Assembly (NCBI GenBank): GCA_003971905.1
Contig: RSEE01000018.1
Span: 248,001 to 312,000 of the forward strand
Length of the DNA: 64,000 bases
Direction: 5' to 3'
From: Moniliella sp. 'wahieum'
Taxonomy: Eukaryota
Part shown: piece by piece, positions 12,696 through 25,832 of the stretch
Layout of the letters: each line of letters begins with the position of its first letter
Position numbering within the stretch: the stretch's first letter is position 1
The notes under the pieces: model-generated
What the model was told of the DNA's origin: nothing
Database searches by the model: none
Seen by the model: the letters and a program-made list of their open reading frames with translations, nothing else
Position numbers and translations under genes: made by a program

Positions 12696-13935
12696 TTGGC
12701 CTTTTCGCCACCTTGGCTCTTGGAGCACGGGCCCGCCAGCCCTGCGCATCCAACCCCTTGAGCGACATGGCTTGGGACGATGGAGGTGATGTGCTGGGCG
12801 TGCCCACGATGGTGCGAGAGACATTCCATTCCCCCCTGTGGGCATATTCACTCTGGCGATATCCACGCCCACGATGCTTGCGTACCCCTTCCCCCTTCTT
12901 CGTCGTGGACTTATAACTTGTACCCCCCCCCATGTCCAAGCGACAAATCGTTGCCTAGAATCGACCCGTATTGAAATGAAAAGTACACACGGTCCAAATA
13001 GGAGCGCGTCCCTGCCGCGGGAATCGCGTCAACAGAGTACGCTCACTATCCATCCGTGTTCCTGCCTTTTCCTATGAAAGCACCGCCGCCTGTCGCACAC
13101 GACAGACGAGACGGAGAGAAAAGCAAAGCAACAACGCAAGCTGGAAGGGGGGGCAGGTGTTGGTGTCGTCATCGCCGTCATCGAATCGGTCCTCAGACGG
13201 CCATATTACGGCGAGGGAAGGCAGAAGGATCAAGACGAGAATTCCAGTGGCTGCTGCGTCCACCTCGTGATGGTTGGTTGGGTTGGGTCCCAGTCCAGGG
13301 CCCACAGAAGCGTACATGGATGGGTGTCTGGAGATTTTGATGCCATATCCTGCTCCTCTGTTATAAACCCCAACAGAGTCGTCTCGACTACTAAGCGTGC
13401 GGGGGCGTTTTTGGCTCAAGGGCGAAAAAAGTGGCTAAGCTTCTCCTCCAGGCCATCCATTGAAGGCATCGCAATCGCAAGGAGACCAAACCCATGCAGC
13501 AGATGGCAGAGAACATGCCTTCGTTCAACCGATAGGCGTAGGAGAGAAGGTGGAAGATAGTTCTGGGCTACTAGCGAGTTCACCGTTTGGATGAAAGCAA
13601 GTGGCTATAATGCTCACTGGTCTAAGTATATACCGACCAAGCGATCTGTAGATATCCCGAACATCGGCCCATGGCTCTGGCCCAAATCAGACCGACATAT
13701 ATGAAGCACATTGTGGGAGCTTCTGGAGCTCAAGAAGGTAACAAGTTGCTCCCCGTGCAACCCTCGCGCACCAAGAGAGGAGTGCCACTGAAAGCATACG
13801 CCAGTGGACGAAAAAAGAAACCGGCTCGGCGACCAGGCCGATGCTGTGCCCATCCATCCCCACCCGGCCGTGACGCGCCTGGCGGAGTGCCGACTGTATT
13901 CTGTGCTCTTTGGGGGCTGCAACCCAAGTGCATCA

Positions 13936-14714
13936 TCATGCATAGACAAAGTTGTAGCGCGATAAGAGATGCGGGATAGCGGCCAGTTGAGGGGTAGCGT
14001 TGCGCATTGTCGTAGAGCTCAAACAGTGGGACCGCCAACAACTTCATGTTCTTTGGCACGGCCAAGACTTCTGCTCCATAGCAAGCGCGGGGCGGGGTTA
14101 GTACGATGCAGGCCACACTCTGTGGGGGGGAATAGACCAAGCAGCGGAAGAGCAGACGCACTGGTGGTAGGCATGTTGATCAGGTACAGTCGCTTGCATT
14201 CTTTGGGCTTGGTGATGTGGGGCGGGATGTAGGGATACATAAATGTCTCGAACGCAGGGCGCCACCACTGGGACAGAATGTCGCCAATGTCCCAGTCACC
14301 CCCGGTGCCAGCATCGGGCCCATCGGGCCCATAGGAAGAAGGGTCGGTCGGGTCGGGGGCTAGACGGCGGTCCATGCGTTCCCGCAAGCCCTCCACCTCG
14401 TCCTCGCCTGGGCGGAGGTAGTCGCCAGGCCTAGGCATCGAACCTGCGGTCAGCCAATCCGTGTACACAGACGCAGTTCACACAGGACACGTACAGCTTG
14501 AAGAACGAGTTGGCAATCTGCAGCATCAACACATGAGGTGGCCGTGGTCGTGGACCAGAAGCACGCCCTCGACGGTGCGACGCATGCCGTAGTCCTCGTA
14601 GTTGTTCTGCAGGCGCTGCAGACGCGCCGCCACGCTCGGATCCTCCTCGGGCTGCGCATCCTTGGTGGTGAAGGTGAACGCCGAGAGCGGCTGGAGGATG
14701 ATTGTCGACGCCAT
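13936..14714 (-). CDS. NUDT21: Cleavage factor Im 25 kDa subunit (CPSF5, Nudix)
   Basis: MASTIILQPLSAFTFTTKDAQPEEDPSVAARLQRL..GMRRTVEGVLLVHDHG, LMLQIANSFFKLPG, WWRPAFETFMYPYIPPHITKPKECK, LAVPKNMKLLAVPLFELYDN. Two GT..AG introns (about 14432-14494 and 14072-14162). Confidence 0.95.
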
Positions 14715-14982
14715 CGCCGCGTGGTGGGTGGGGCGGCCGGCGCGACGGGGGCGGCCCGAAGGCGGCGAGCGGCGGCCAGGGTGGCTCATTAAAATCGGCG
14801 CGGAATTGAATGCCGCCCCGCCCATTCCGCCGTCCCGTCGCCCTGGCCTGGCGCAGCGCCGCCCAGGCGGCCATTAGTTGAACGTTCAAGTCGCGTGAAC
14901 ATTCGCCTCCGTCGAGCCCAGGCCCCACCTTTTTTTTTCGCCCCCAGCCGGCCACCACCCCCCCACTCGACCTCGACACACC

Positions 14983-15747
14983 ATGTCCGGACGAGGCGGT
15001 CGCGGCGGCTTTCGCGGAGGCCGTGGCGGAGGCGGTCGTGGCGGTGGGCGTGACATGCCCATGGGAGACATCTCGTTCCAGGAAATGCAGGATGCCGCAC
15101 GCGCAGCTGCCCAGCTCCATCCTGTCGTCCTCCCTTCCCCTCCCCTCCCATTCTCGTCTTCCCACGCCCTTGGCATCTTTCCGCCAGCTACTTGTCTAAC
15201 ACTTGCGCATTCTCTACAGAACAAGGATACGGTGCCTGTGCTAGCAGCGCCGACGGACAAAGAGGTGCGCAATGCCCTCTTTCAGCTAAGCTACCTCCGC
15301 CGCCAGCGGTTTTCTCCCTACTGGCCTACTATCACCCCGCCCAAGACGGCTGCGACAACAGCCAAGGCGGGCGCAACTTGACGGTCCATCAGCATCCTCT
15401 TCTCCCCAGCCAGCCAGCCTGAAGGAGGTCAAGATGCAAAAGGAGGTGTTTCCGCAAGATGTTTGGCGGATGTACATGGAGGCGAGACCAAACGTGCGCT
15501 TCGTGCTGCGCGTCGCCAGGCGCGGACGAAGATTGATTGGGCCGTGTTTGACGTGGCTGGAGCTGGTGAGGGGTGCGGTGGTGAAGCAGGAGCTGCGGGA
15601 GCTGCGGGCGGCTTGTCAGAGGAAGAGGTTGGGGATTATGAGGACGAGGTGGACGATGATTACAACCAAAACTACTTTGACCCAGGCGACGACGATGGCG
15701 ACGATGGCGACGATGGTGGCGACGATGGTGGGGGCACATTCGAGTAG
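14983..15747 (+). CDS. RPC31: RNA polymerase III subunit C31 (RPC7)
   Basis: RGG-rich N-terminus MSGRGGRGGFRGG, RFSPYW, EVFPQDVW, and acidic tail with DDDYNQNYFD. Probable intron at about 15124-15219. Confidence 0.8.
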
Positions 15748-16553
15748 CCCCTGCTCCCACCCCACACATCCTCCGAAACATACCCTCTCCTTGCCATTCC
15801 TGTTGGAGTCTTTGGGGTCTACCGAAACACTCAACGTTCCATGGCACCGCCCCCTATTGTCGCTTGGCTGACCGCACGAATCAATCTGTACCTCTATCCA
15901 CATACACACGCGCGTTCGTGCCTGCGCGCGAGTCCTCTTCGTTCCGGATAGTACACCGACAGGTCAAGCTACGTTTCCTAGAGCCTTGGCATGGCACGAA
16001 AATGCGGTCTGTAAGGTGGCAAGCTACGTGCAACGTGGACAGGAACAATCGCAATGTAATGGCCGTCGAAGGAAAAAGGTGGGGAAGAGAAGCAAGGAAG
16101 GTCCGTTTGGCCACCGCAGGTAGAAACACTGGGGGGAAGAGGACAGAGCATGCACATGCATACGTCGACATCAACGTACAAGAGGCTGAGCCACACGCAT
16201 CCCCGTGCCCTGTCCCACGAGAACCCTCTCCGTCCTCGACGCACAGAGCGCAAGCATCCTTGGGAGTGCATGGCTGCTAGTACGGGGCAGGTAGAGCAAT
16301 ACAGCATTCCTTCGTCGAGCCAGAACGGGGCGAGAGGAGCCGAAGATCGGAGAATGAGACATAATGAATGAATGTTCCAGGGAGGAGCGGATGGGGGGAG
16401 CGAAAAGGTGGGGTAGATGGTAGTGGTATACAGGCGTGGCAGCGACAGGGACGAGCAAAACGAGTGAGGTCCCCACTCTGCTGCGCCAGGTTCATTTTGG
16501 TCGGATGAGCTTGGGGGCAACGCAAAAAAAAGCGAGCAGAACCCAGGCCACGC

Positions 16554-17286
16554 CTAGAGGATGATGCATCCGCCGCAGCAGCCGGAACTGTGGGCGCCAT
16601 CGTCGGTTTGCAAGGGCTGCATGCCGCCGGCAATGCCTGCGCCCGCAGGCATCATCCCACCCGCTGTTCCCGCACCGGAGGTGGCGCCGACGCTCGCTCC
16701 CACGCCGTACCCTGGGCCGGCGGTCCCCGTGCCCAGGTGACCGGCTGTCAGTTCGCGGTTGAAGCGGCGGATCTCGCGGACCAAGTTGTAGAACGCCTCG
16801 TCCACATTGATCCGCTGCTTGGCACTCGTCTCGGTGAACCGGCAGCCAAAGAGCTTGGCCAGTTCCCGGCCTTCGTGCGACCCAACCTGCCGCTCGTACT
16901 CCAGGTCGCACTTGTTGGCAACGACAACGACGGGAAACGGTCCTTGTCCTTGACACGCAGGATCTGTGGTGGAACGTACTAATCTCGTCAAACGAGCTGC
17001 GGCTGGTGATGGAGTAGACCAGCAGGAAGCCCTCTCCGGTGCGCATGTACTGCTCACGCATAGCCGAGTACTCTTCCTGGCCCGCAGTGTCGAGCACGTC
17101 GAGGAGGGCGACCTCGTCGTGAATGACGCATTGCTTGCGGTACGAGTCCTCGATGGTGGGGTCGTACTCGTCGACAAAGTGGGACTGGATGAACTGGATG
17201 GTGAGAGCGCTCTTTCCCACACCACCGCCGCCAACGACAACGAGCTTGTACTCGCGCAAGAACTGGGCGGGCATGACGCCAGACAT
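16554..17286 (-). CDS. RAS1: Ras small GTPase
   Basis: [25 protein letters not shown], effector [26 protein letters not shown], and [12 protein letters not shown] end. One frameshift at about 16967. Confidence 0.97.
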
Positions 17287-20200
17287 GGTGGGGGGGGCAG
17301 CGGAGGGAGGGCGGGGGGACGAGCAAAGGGCGGGGCGGAGGGGTGGCGCTGGGGAGGGCCGGTCAAGGGAACGTTGAACGTTGAACTGGACGCTGAACGC
17401 GGAACGGCGGCAGGCGGGCCGCGTGACCAGGGAGCGGTCATGGACCGATGATCGATGAACATTGCACATTGAATATGGGGCGGCATGGTCCCGTTGAACG
17501 TTCAAGTTGGACTTTGCGCGGACCCATGCATCCCTGCGCGCCCAGCCAGCGCCACCCAGTGCCACGCCACGCACCCCACCGCACCCTACTGCACCCGGTC
17601 AAGCTTCACTTCAAGTGTCACATGTCAGGCCCAGGCAAGCGTCATTCGCCACTCTTCCAAGAGCCGACCAAGCGGGTGAGATCACAGAAGAGGTCTGGTA
17701 ACCCAGATGTCGCAAATGAGATGCTAATGCATGCTCTCGTGTGTGCCTTTTTACTATTCCGGCCTACCTCTCACTACACGCCCCGTCTCTGTAATCGATG
17801 CCCACAGTGGAGGCAGCGCTTCTCTCAGGTAAGAAAACCAATGTATTGATGAGCTTCAACAAAACAGGGCGATGCCCGCAGAGAGTCATATACTGTACCG
17901 ATTTCAAGGATAAAAGGACCAACAAGAGGGCTTTGGCCTGGATGACATACTGTGGCAGAAAAAAGGGAGGCAAATCCCAAAGCGATCCTCAGCTGGACGA
18001 CGGACCGTAACAGTGAAGCGAATGCCAGCAACGTTGATCCCGATTGTACCTGTTGCGTGTAGTGTTGCATAATGCCTAAGCCCTCTTAACCCCGTTGCCA
18101 TCTGAGTCAGCACTGTGCGCAGATACCCTACCATATATAAAAGTGGCAAAATGGCACACGCATATATACGTGCATGGCACCATGATATAGCGGAAGGGAA
18201 GATTTATATTGACACGGCGAGAATACAATCAAGTCTTTCTGCCAAGCCCGCCAGGTCAAATAGTGGGAGCGGTTGCACGAACCAGGGCACAGTGAACGTG
18301 GAAAGCCTGGACAAAACACAAAGCGAAAGGGATAGCATCGATAGGATTCGAGAGAGGAGAGCGCGATCTGCGGGGGAGGCGCCGCCAATTGAAAATTGCG
18401 CTGTTCCCAACCGGCCTTTGTCTCAAACACAGTCAGCCGCCAGCCGCCAGTCAGCCAATGACATTGGCAACGATGGTTGATGGCAGAGATGAAGGGGTGC
18501 AAACGGGGCTCACCGTGAGCCGCCAGAAGGTAGTGGTGTTCAAGGGTGTCTACACCGGAGAGACATTGATGTGACGTAGTGCAACACGGGTGGTCGGGGT
18601 CCACCTATATTTTCCGGCGGGAGCCGCAGGTTTTTTGGACCCTGCTTGAGTGTGCACTAATATACGCCGTGGCTTTCGCGTGACACTATCAAACATCAAG
18701 CTTCAAGTGCATCAAGCATCATGCATCAAGCACGCATACCGGGCATTTGTCGGTTCGACCTGTGCACACCCTTCTACACTCGACTCGCGTTCATATACTC
18801 GGTTGAAATTCCAAAAGCTATGGTATCGTTCTTCAGACCGTAGCTGAGAGATGATGGGGTTTTTTGAAGAGAGGGAGAGAAGAGGTGTGGTATTTCAAAC
18901 CTACTATAAGGCTGCTGTCGTTTTGTCATCAAACATATGCCAATCGAGCGCAATGCGTCATGCGTGTAAGAGGACCAATGCAGCAGGAGTTGCGACTGTT
19001 GCCACCGAAGAGCCCGTCCCTGATTACTGGAAGCGCCCAACAGGCTGCCATCCCTCCGACTCTACCGACGGCTATACACTTAGAGTACTGAGTTACTGAC
19101 TGTACTGACTGACGTGTGTGACGTGTGACGTGGCTGACAAGTGGGACCTGGGGAGCGGCGCGGAGGCTGTGTCTATTCTGACAGATGACTTTACGATCAC
19201 TGATCGCCGGAGAGGGCTTCTGAGATTCTGAGATCTGAACCACGGTTGGTAGAACACGCGTTACGCGTTTGACGCTGTAAGATCGATAATTTACGTTAAC
19301 GTTTTAACGTTTAACGTTTAACCAGTAACCGGTAACTGGTAACCGTCAAAACGCTAAACGTGAGTTAGCGTTAGTCACACTGTTGCAACCGAACTCTCCA
19401 GTGTATTGTATGACGGAACCTGTCAGAGATACGCTGGTCGGAGCGAGAATCCATTGCAAAGTCCGTCGGCGGTGATGGGCGCGAAGAGTGGCGGAATGGT
19501 GCGGGCAGTTCCGCGCGCCAAACCCCCAATGGCAAGTGGTGCCACATCCGGCATCCAACACCCCAACTTCGGACAGGGGGGGTGCATGTTGTTCGCAGGG
19601 TTTTTGCGGCGGAGGAGCCAAGCAATAAGGACGAGATAATGACCTTTTGGGGAGCCGAAGCCATAAATACGCGACCCTGAGGCCGGCAGGTCTGAGGCTG
19701 CTGGACCATGCACCCGGGCTGTACCTGCTATGTACGTCATGCATCAGTACGCCATCGCCTCTCCTGCGGGAGGTGGAGGATGGCAGCGACGATTGCGTCA
19801 CTAGTCACCTCTAGTTACCCAGTCACTGGGCCCCTGGGCCCGCAGTGCCACCCCCACCACCCCGCACCACGCTGAGCTCAGCCGCCAATCTTAATCATTA
19901 ATCATCGATCATCAATCACCACACTCACCAGTCAAACGCATAATCACTAGATCACTCGCCAACATGCTCAAACGGAGCCGAGTGGCGTGGCGGGAGACCC
20001 GGTGACGGTGTAGGGCGTGGGAGGCGCGAATGTGACTGGCGAGCCAAGCTGGCAGCTTCGCGTGGCTACCGGTGGCTGATGTCGATGGCCACGGGGGCAG
20101 TGTTGGGACGTGGTTGCCTTTGTCGCATGCCACGCCCGCCTCCCTATCCGTCTCTGGCTGCGTCAGCACCATCCCATTCTCCCCGCCCCGCCTCTCCCGC

Positions 20201-20437
20201 CCGCTGTCCTGCGCCTCCGCCCGCCGAGCCAAGCCATACCCCATCTCGCCCGCCTCGCGCCCGCCCCTCGCCCGCCTCGCGCCCGCCCCTCGCCCGCCTC
20301 GCGCCCGCTCTTCGCTCGCCCCCCCCCATCATTTTTGGCCTTCGTATATATCTGCCCGCGTCTCCGCGCTCTCTCCCCCCACCGACCACTTCTTCCCCCG
20401 TCTTTCTTCCTGGCCTCTCCCTTGCCCCAGCGAAAAC

Positions 20438-21850
20438 ATGGCTACTGCAATCTCGGCCGCCCCTGCGCCATGCGACGCCCCTCCCTCGTCCGCAAGCCGC
20501 CTCCGAACAATAACCCCACCTCCGCCGCCGCCGCCCACACCAACCCTTCCCACCCTCGACCGCAAACCACAGGAGCGCTGCCGCTCCTGTGTCATCAAAG
20601 TCATCCACAGCCGGCGGCTGTATCCGCCAGAAACCTCGTGACCCGTACTATGGCTGTGGACGTACGTTTTGCCTCTTTTTCCTTGCCTCCACTGTCCACG
20701 TGCTGTCTGTACACGCGCTTGAACCCGAGTTGCTGACCTTAGTTCGTGATGCATCGTGCAACAGGCATGTCCCTTTTGTCCGAGCGGTTGATCAACATCC
20801 TCTTTGGTTGTTCCAGTACCAGTACCGAGAGGCCTCCAGCGCCCTCGGAGGCTGGATCTGCACAACGTCCTGTGCCCCCGCCTCTTGCCAAATTCGTGGC
20901 GTATGCGCTGTACCGCACCGCTTGCCCGAAGCAGTAAGCTACCACGCCCTGTACCTGCTCATGCGGTTGAAACAGACCTTCCGCAAGCACGCGGCACGTG
21001 TGGCCACTCGCTCTACATTAGCGCCCTCAGTTGGCCAGCAAGGCGCTGTGCGATGACACGTACAGCAACAAGAGCTGGACCATTGTTAGCCAAGGTCTCT
21101 ATTCGCTCACCGAGGTCAACCATATGGAACGCGAACTGGTTGGCTTTCTCAATTACAATGTCAACGTCGACCCGTTCCAGTTGCACCAATTTATCCAAGC
21201 GCTTTCCCACCCCTCTGTCAACTTGGTCCAGTATCTCCACCTGGCTTGTATTGCGCGCTCTTGTGCCTCGCCTTTGCCCCCAAGCCCTGCCACAACCGCG
21301 TCGGATCTGCCATCTCTTTCGGAGCGTTCGCAGCATTGGCGTGAGCTGTAGCCCGGCGGCGCGCTGCGAGGCTCTCTCGACTCAACTGCGTGTGCCGCAT
21401 CGAACCCCACCGTGCGCGGCACAAAGGGAATCCAACCCGCACCAGCCAGTCTCTCACCTACTACGCGCTGTGAAGCTCCTTGCTATTACCTGCCGCACCG
21501 CCCCCCGCTGCCTTGGCCCCACATTCCTTGGTCCACGATGCAGAGTGGGGAGTTGAGCATGTCGGAGATGCCGCGCTGTCGTGCTCTTCGGCAGCCAGCA
21601 GCACTTCGGGACTGAGCAACCTGGAAATGCTGTCGCCGTTGGGGCAGCAGGCCGTCGTTTCGGCACCGCACGTGGCCGGCTATCCCGCACACGCGCTTGC
21701 CAACGCTGCGGTCCCAGTCGCCAAATCGCCTAGCCTACGTCTCCATGCGGGGGACGCCGGCAGGCATTCCCTCGACTTGGACCCAGATCGGGGGCATCTC
21801 GTCCGGATCAACTTTGCCTCGTTCCTGGGCACCCATACGTTGCCTCGCGT
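20438..21850 (+). CDS. Pho85-type (PCL/CLG1-like) cyclin
   Basis: KFVAYALYRT.LPEAVSYHALYLLMRLK, GHSLYISAL, LASKALCDDTYSNKSWTIVSQGLYSLTEVNHMERELVGFLNY (cyclin box). Intron at about 20662-20742. Both ends are uncertain. Confidence 0.85.
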
Positions 21851-24800
21851 ATCGATGTTCTGCCTTTCATTACCCTCGCACTGCGCCACAAAAACAAACG
21901 TCGTACAGCGACCCTCAGCACTCGCATCTCAAGAACTGGTTCCCTTTGGTTTTGCTGAGGCTGTTTGCTTTCCTTGTTGCGGAGCAGATGGGTACGACGG
22001 TCGGTGTCCCTTGAGCCTTTGGCGCGCAACACAAACGTTTGTCCGTTGCACAAAACCGGATGGGAAGGTGGGGCGGCCTCCTTGAGGGGGAAGGCAACCA
22101 TTCGTGGCTGTTTGGCCTTCTTTCCCAGTCGGCCGGGCAGGCATCAGCATCGTGCTCCATGCCCCACGCCTCATACCTCATGCCTCATGCGCCGCGCCAG
22201 GCTTCCAGGACAGGTTTACGCGTTCGCGCTCGACCGGCGTACCAAGTCGACGGGCCAAGTTGCCTTGTGGTTCTGTGCCCTCCTCTCTCGGTCTGGGCGT
22301 GTATGGCGAACGAGGTGCGTGGCACAACCCACGCTCCTTACGTGCTTGTGCCCCTGTCCGTGTCGCGCATCAACTCGGCAGGAGCAAGCGCGCGTTGGCT
22401 ACCTCTGCGGGAAGCCACAACGGAATCCATTTCTCAAAAGCACCGCATATGCAAGTGAGTTTGTGGAGAGAGACGATACAGCTGCGCTACTGGAGATGGT
22501 GATAACGGTCTATACGTTTGGGTGCAATGAGCCTACTTAGAATCGACACCTTGGAGGGTGAATGGCAAGCGCGCCAGATCGCCACTTATCGGACGGCCTC
22601 GCCGCGCGGGGGGGAGGGGGGGCAATGCACAGAAGCATCCATGATTCGCGCGCCCTCAGTGCATCAGGCATGCCGCTCAGCGAAACAACAGACACCCTCG
22701 CCGTGAAGAGAGGGTGGGGGCCAAAGCGGCTTCTCTCGTATCCTGTTCCCCCAGCCTTGCTTCATCTTCGCTCTACCCTTTCTGTTGTGGGCACAAAGTG
22801 CGGTGGGCCTGCCTATTATGGACGAACGTTCGCGAGAGGATTGACGTTCGTATGTGCCCCGGCAGACTGCAGTAGGAAGAAGCGAATGAAGCGAACGAAA
22901 ACGACACAGGAACGCAGTCGTCGTCACTTGACTAGCTTGACCCTCCCCCATTGAGGGTGGTAACGGGAGTAACCGGGAACCAGAAGAGTGGCGTCGCCAT
23001 GTGGCATACGAGGAAGCCACACGATGCCGTTTCTGGTTTCCAGCCGGCCACCGTTCGGCCGAAAAGGGAGCAAGCAGGGTGAGTGGCTCGGCATAAACCA
23101 AGTGTGCACGTGTGCCCGTCCTCCCGTCATCGGTGCGCTTAAGTGTGTCTCCCCTGTTGGTCTTGTTCATGTCGGCGACACAGGAAAGCAAGACGCCGAC
23201 ACGGATCAGCACGTCGGGGTAGACATGCGCTGGACACCTTGGTTACATATTGAACCGTCGTGGGTTTCTCTCGCCTCCGGCCTCCACACAGCTTCAAGTC
23301 GTCGGCCGAGCGTCAGCGCGTCAGCCTTGAAGCTTCCCTTCCGTTAAGCGAACCACAGAAAGTTCAAAGGAGAACGCTCGGCCAGCGCCCACACTCCCAG
23401 CCTAAGCACAACTGATTATGCATTCTTTCTGGTAGCGAGCTCTCCCACTCCTACCCTGTCCTTGCATTCTCGTGTGGTAGCATTGGAGGTATACAAGCGA
23501 ATGTGAGAGGGTGGGCCCCCAGGATGAGTGTAATAGTAGTAGCCACAGTAAATGGGACTTGTTGTACCTGATACCAAGGGTGGAAGTGGGCAAAGATGTT
23601 GAGGCCGCTGTGCTCCCTGCCACAACAGGTCGGACGTGTCGATGCGCCTGTCGGGGTGCTCAGGGCGGGGGAGCAAGGCAGGATGTGTTGCTCACGATCC
23701 GCGAGAGAATCGTCCAGACAAACGCGGCCTATAGTTCGGTGGCTGACGTGCCGCAACAGTGCCGCAACGCCCCAGATATAATCGCGGCGAGGCGAGGTGC
23801 CTAATCCCCGGTAACGCCGCCCGCTCCAACTCACCGCGGCGCGTCAGCCTGTCAGCTCATCAAGCTGAGCCCCGGGCGTGTAAGCCAGCTTAGCACCACT
23901 GGCGTTGCGGCCAAAGCCATCGTCTCGGAGGGCGGAGGGCGGGCGGGCTTGGGTTCTGACGCCTCTCTGGCGTTAACCTGGAATGACGCATGTGGGCCAA
24001 TCCGCAGTGCTATGAAAGGGATGATGATCGATGATGATCCACTGTGCGCTATGCATCATGCATCGCTGTGTGCGTATTGCCATGGCGTACCTCACTCAAC
24101 ACGACAGGAGAGAGGCGTCTGGCGAGACAGATAGATGGCTTCTATCGCCGGCGCCGACCCGAACTAGCGTCAGCGTGCCATCAGCGGGATTGTGGTTGAG
24201 AGCTGAGAACTGCGGCGGTCCGATACACCCGAGTAAGTCAGTCTGTGGGCACACTCGTCTTCGTGCTCACTCTGATGGTCCGTGCACTGCTGGAACCGCG
24301 GATGGCCTGAAACCAACGGCAGGCGTTTAGGTGGGGCGTTTGCTTCATTTGCTTTTGCTTGAAGCTCGAAGCGTCTACGGACGAGATGGCATCTGGAGGC
24401 CAGGGCGCTGAGCAGCTTGAAAGGATTGAAGCTTGCCATGCCCGAATAAGCTTCACGCTTGCCGGCGATTGAGTGGATCCACGGGTGATCAAGGAGTATC
24501 GAGTACTGATGATCGATGATATCGAAGACTGAGCGCACTGAGCCCACGGCACACTTGGGCGCACGGGCCACCTACTTTGCCATGGAGGACCGCGCATTGC
24601 ATCTCAGCAGGCCATCAGGCCTCAGGCCGGTGTGTTTCCTGCGTCTGTGTGGGACAATGCAAGCATCGCCGCGGCTGCGAGCAAGCCAGTGCGCCTCGCC
24701 AGCCCCATGCGACGCATCGCCGTGAGCGCACCCATCCGCTCGATGCTACCTGCCCCCCTTTCTCGGTGTGGAAGGACACATAATTGGACATTACATGTGC

Positions 24801-25708
24801 CCAGGTGCTAGTTGCCGACAGGTCAACCTTGTCACGCTCCCCACGGCTTCTCTAAAGATCTGGGTGAGACAGCAAGAAGCGCGAGACTGAGATCAGGGAG
24901 GCTGCCTGCCTGCCCGGGGGGGCCGTGTCTCATGCCGCTCATGCCATGCCGTGTGCCGTCATCTGCTTAATATCAATCGATCACATATCGGCAACCCCAA
25001 CGAGACCAGTCCCCGTCTCCCGCTGTTGACCGTTGACCCCACAGGCCAGCGCTGCCCCCCCCACCAGCCCCAGCCACGGGAGGCCCAATCCCCAGTCGCC
25101 AGCAGACACAGCCCCCGGTCCGCCTCCTGGCCAACGTCAGATCCGCCGACATGTAGTACGTGTAGGCCTCCGTACCAGCCCGAACCTGCCGGCTCCGCAG
25201 TAACGCCGTTCTCAGCAGCCGAGACGCAAGCGCCCAAGCACCCACCCACCCATCTCTTTTCTCCACACACCCGCCCCGTCCGTCACCAGAGCTCCGTGCC
25301 AGCATGGATCCTGGGGCCAGCGACCCATGATGGATGATAGATGATGAATGACGCGGCGGCCACCCGCACAAAGCTCGCAGCTAGCAACCAGTGTAGCCAC
25401 CTGTACCCCGCGACAAGGCGCCTCGCCGGCCTTTCCGCGCTTAACCATATCCACGCCCCATGTGCGCCCAGGCCACCGCCCTGCTGCCTGGCGGGTATAC
25501 TGATCATCCATCACCGGCATCACACCCACCCCGCTCGCCTGCTCCATCGGCTGACATGGATCCCCCCAATGAGCACGGCGTACTGAGTGGCTCGGGGGCT
25601 CGACGGCCTCTGCGTCGCACAGTGCACTCGTGCCCCCCGCCCGGCCGACGTAGCACTGCGCGCCCACCCACCTCTTGCGCTCTCCCTGTTGGCGTACTTC
25701 CCCGGGCA

Positions 25709-25715
25709 TATATAA
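25709..25715 (+). promoter_or_regulatory. TATA box upstream of FDH1
   Basis: TATATAA in GC-rich context, followed by a pyrimidine tract, about 120 bp before the ATG. Confidence 0.55.
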
Positions 25716-25832
25716 CCCGAACCGACTTTTTTCCCCTCTTTTCCGTTCCGTCTCCTTCTCTCCTCACCCCCCACCCCCACCCCCCCCCCCCCATCCTCAC
25801 CCCCCTCTTCCCCTGCCGCTTCTTCCCCCACC

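Noticed and set aside
5692..17286. Functional cluster of RPA12, RPC31, CFIm25 and RAS1
   Set aside because: These are unrelated housekeeping genes with no evidence of more than chance adjacency.
22100..24600. Short ORFs between the cyclin and FDH1
   Set aside because: No recognisable domains, and such ORFs are expected by chance at this GC content.
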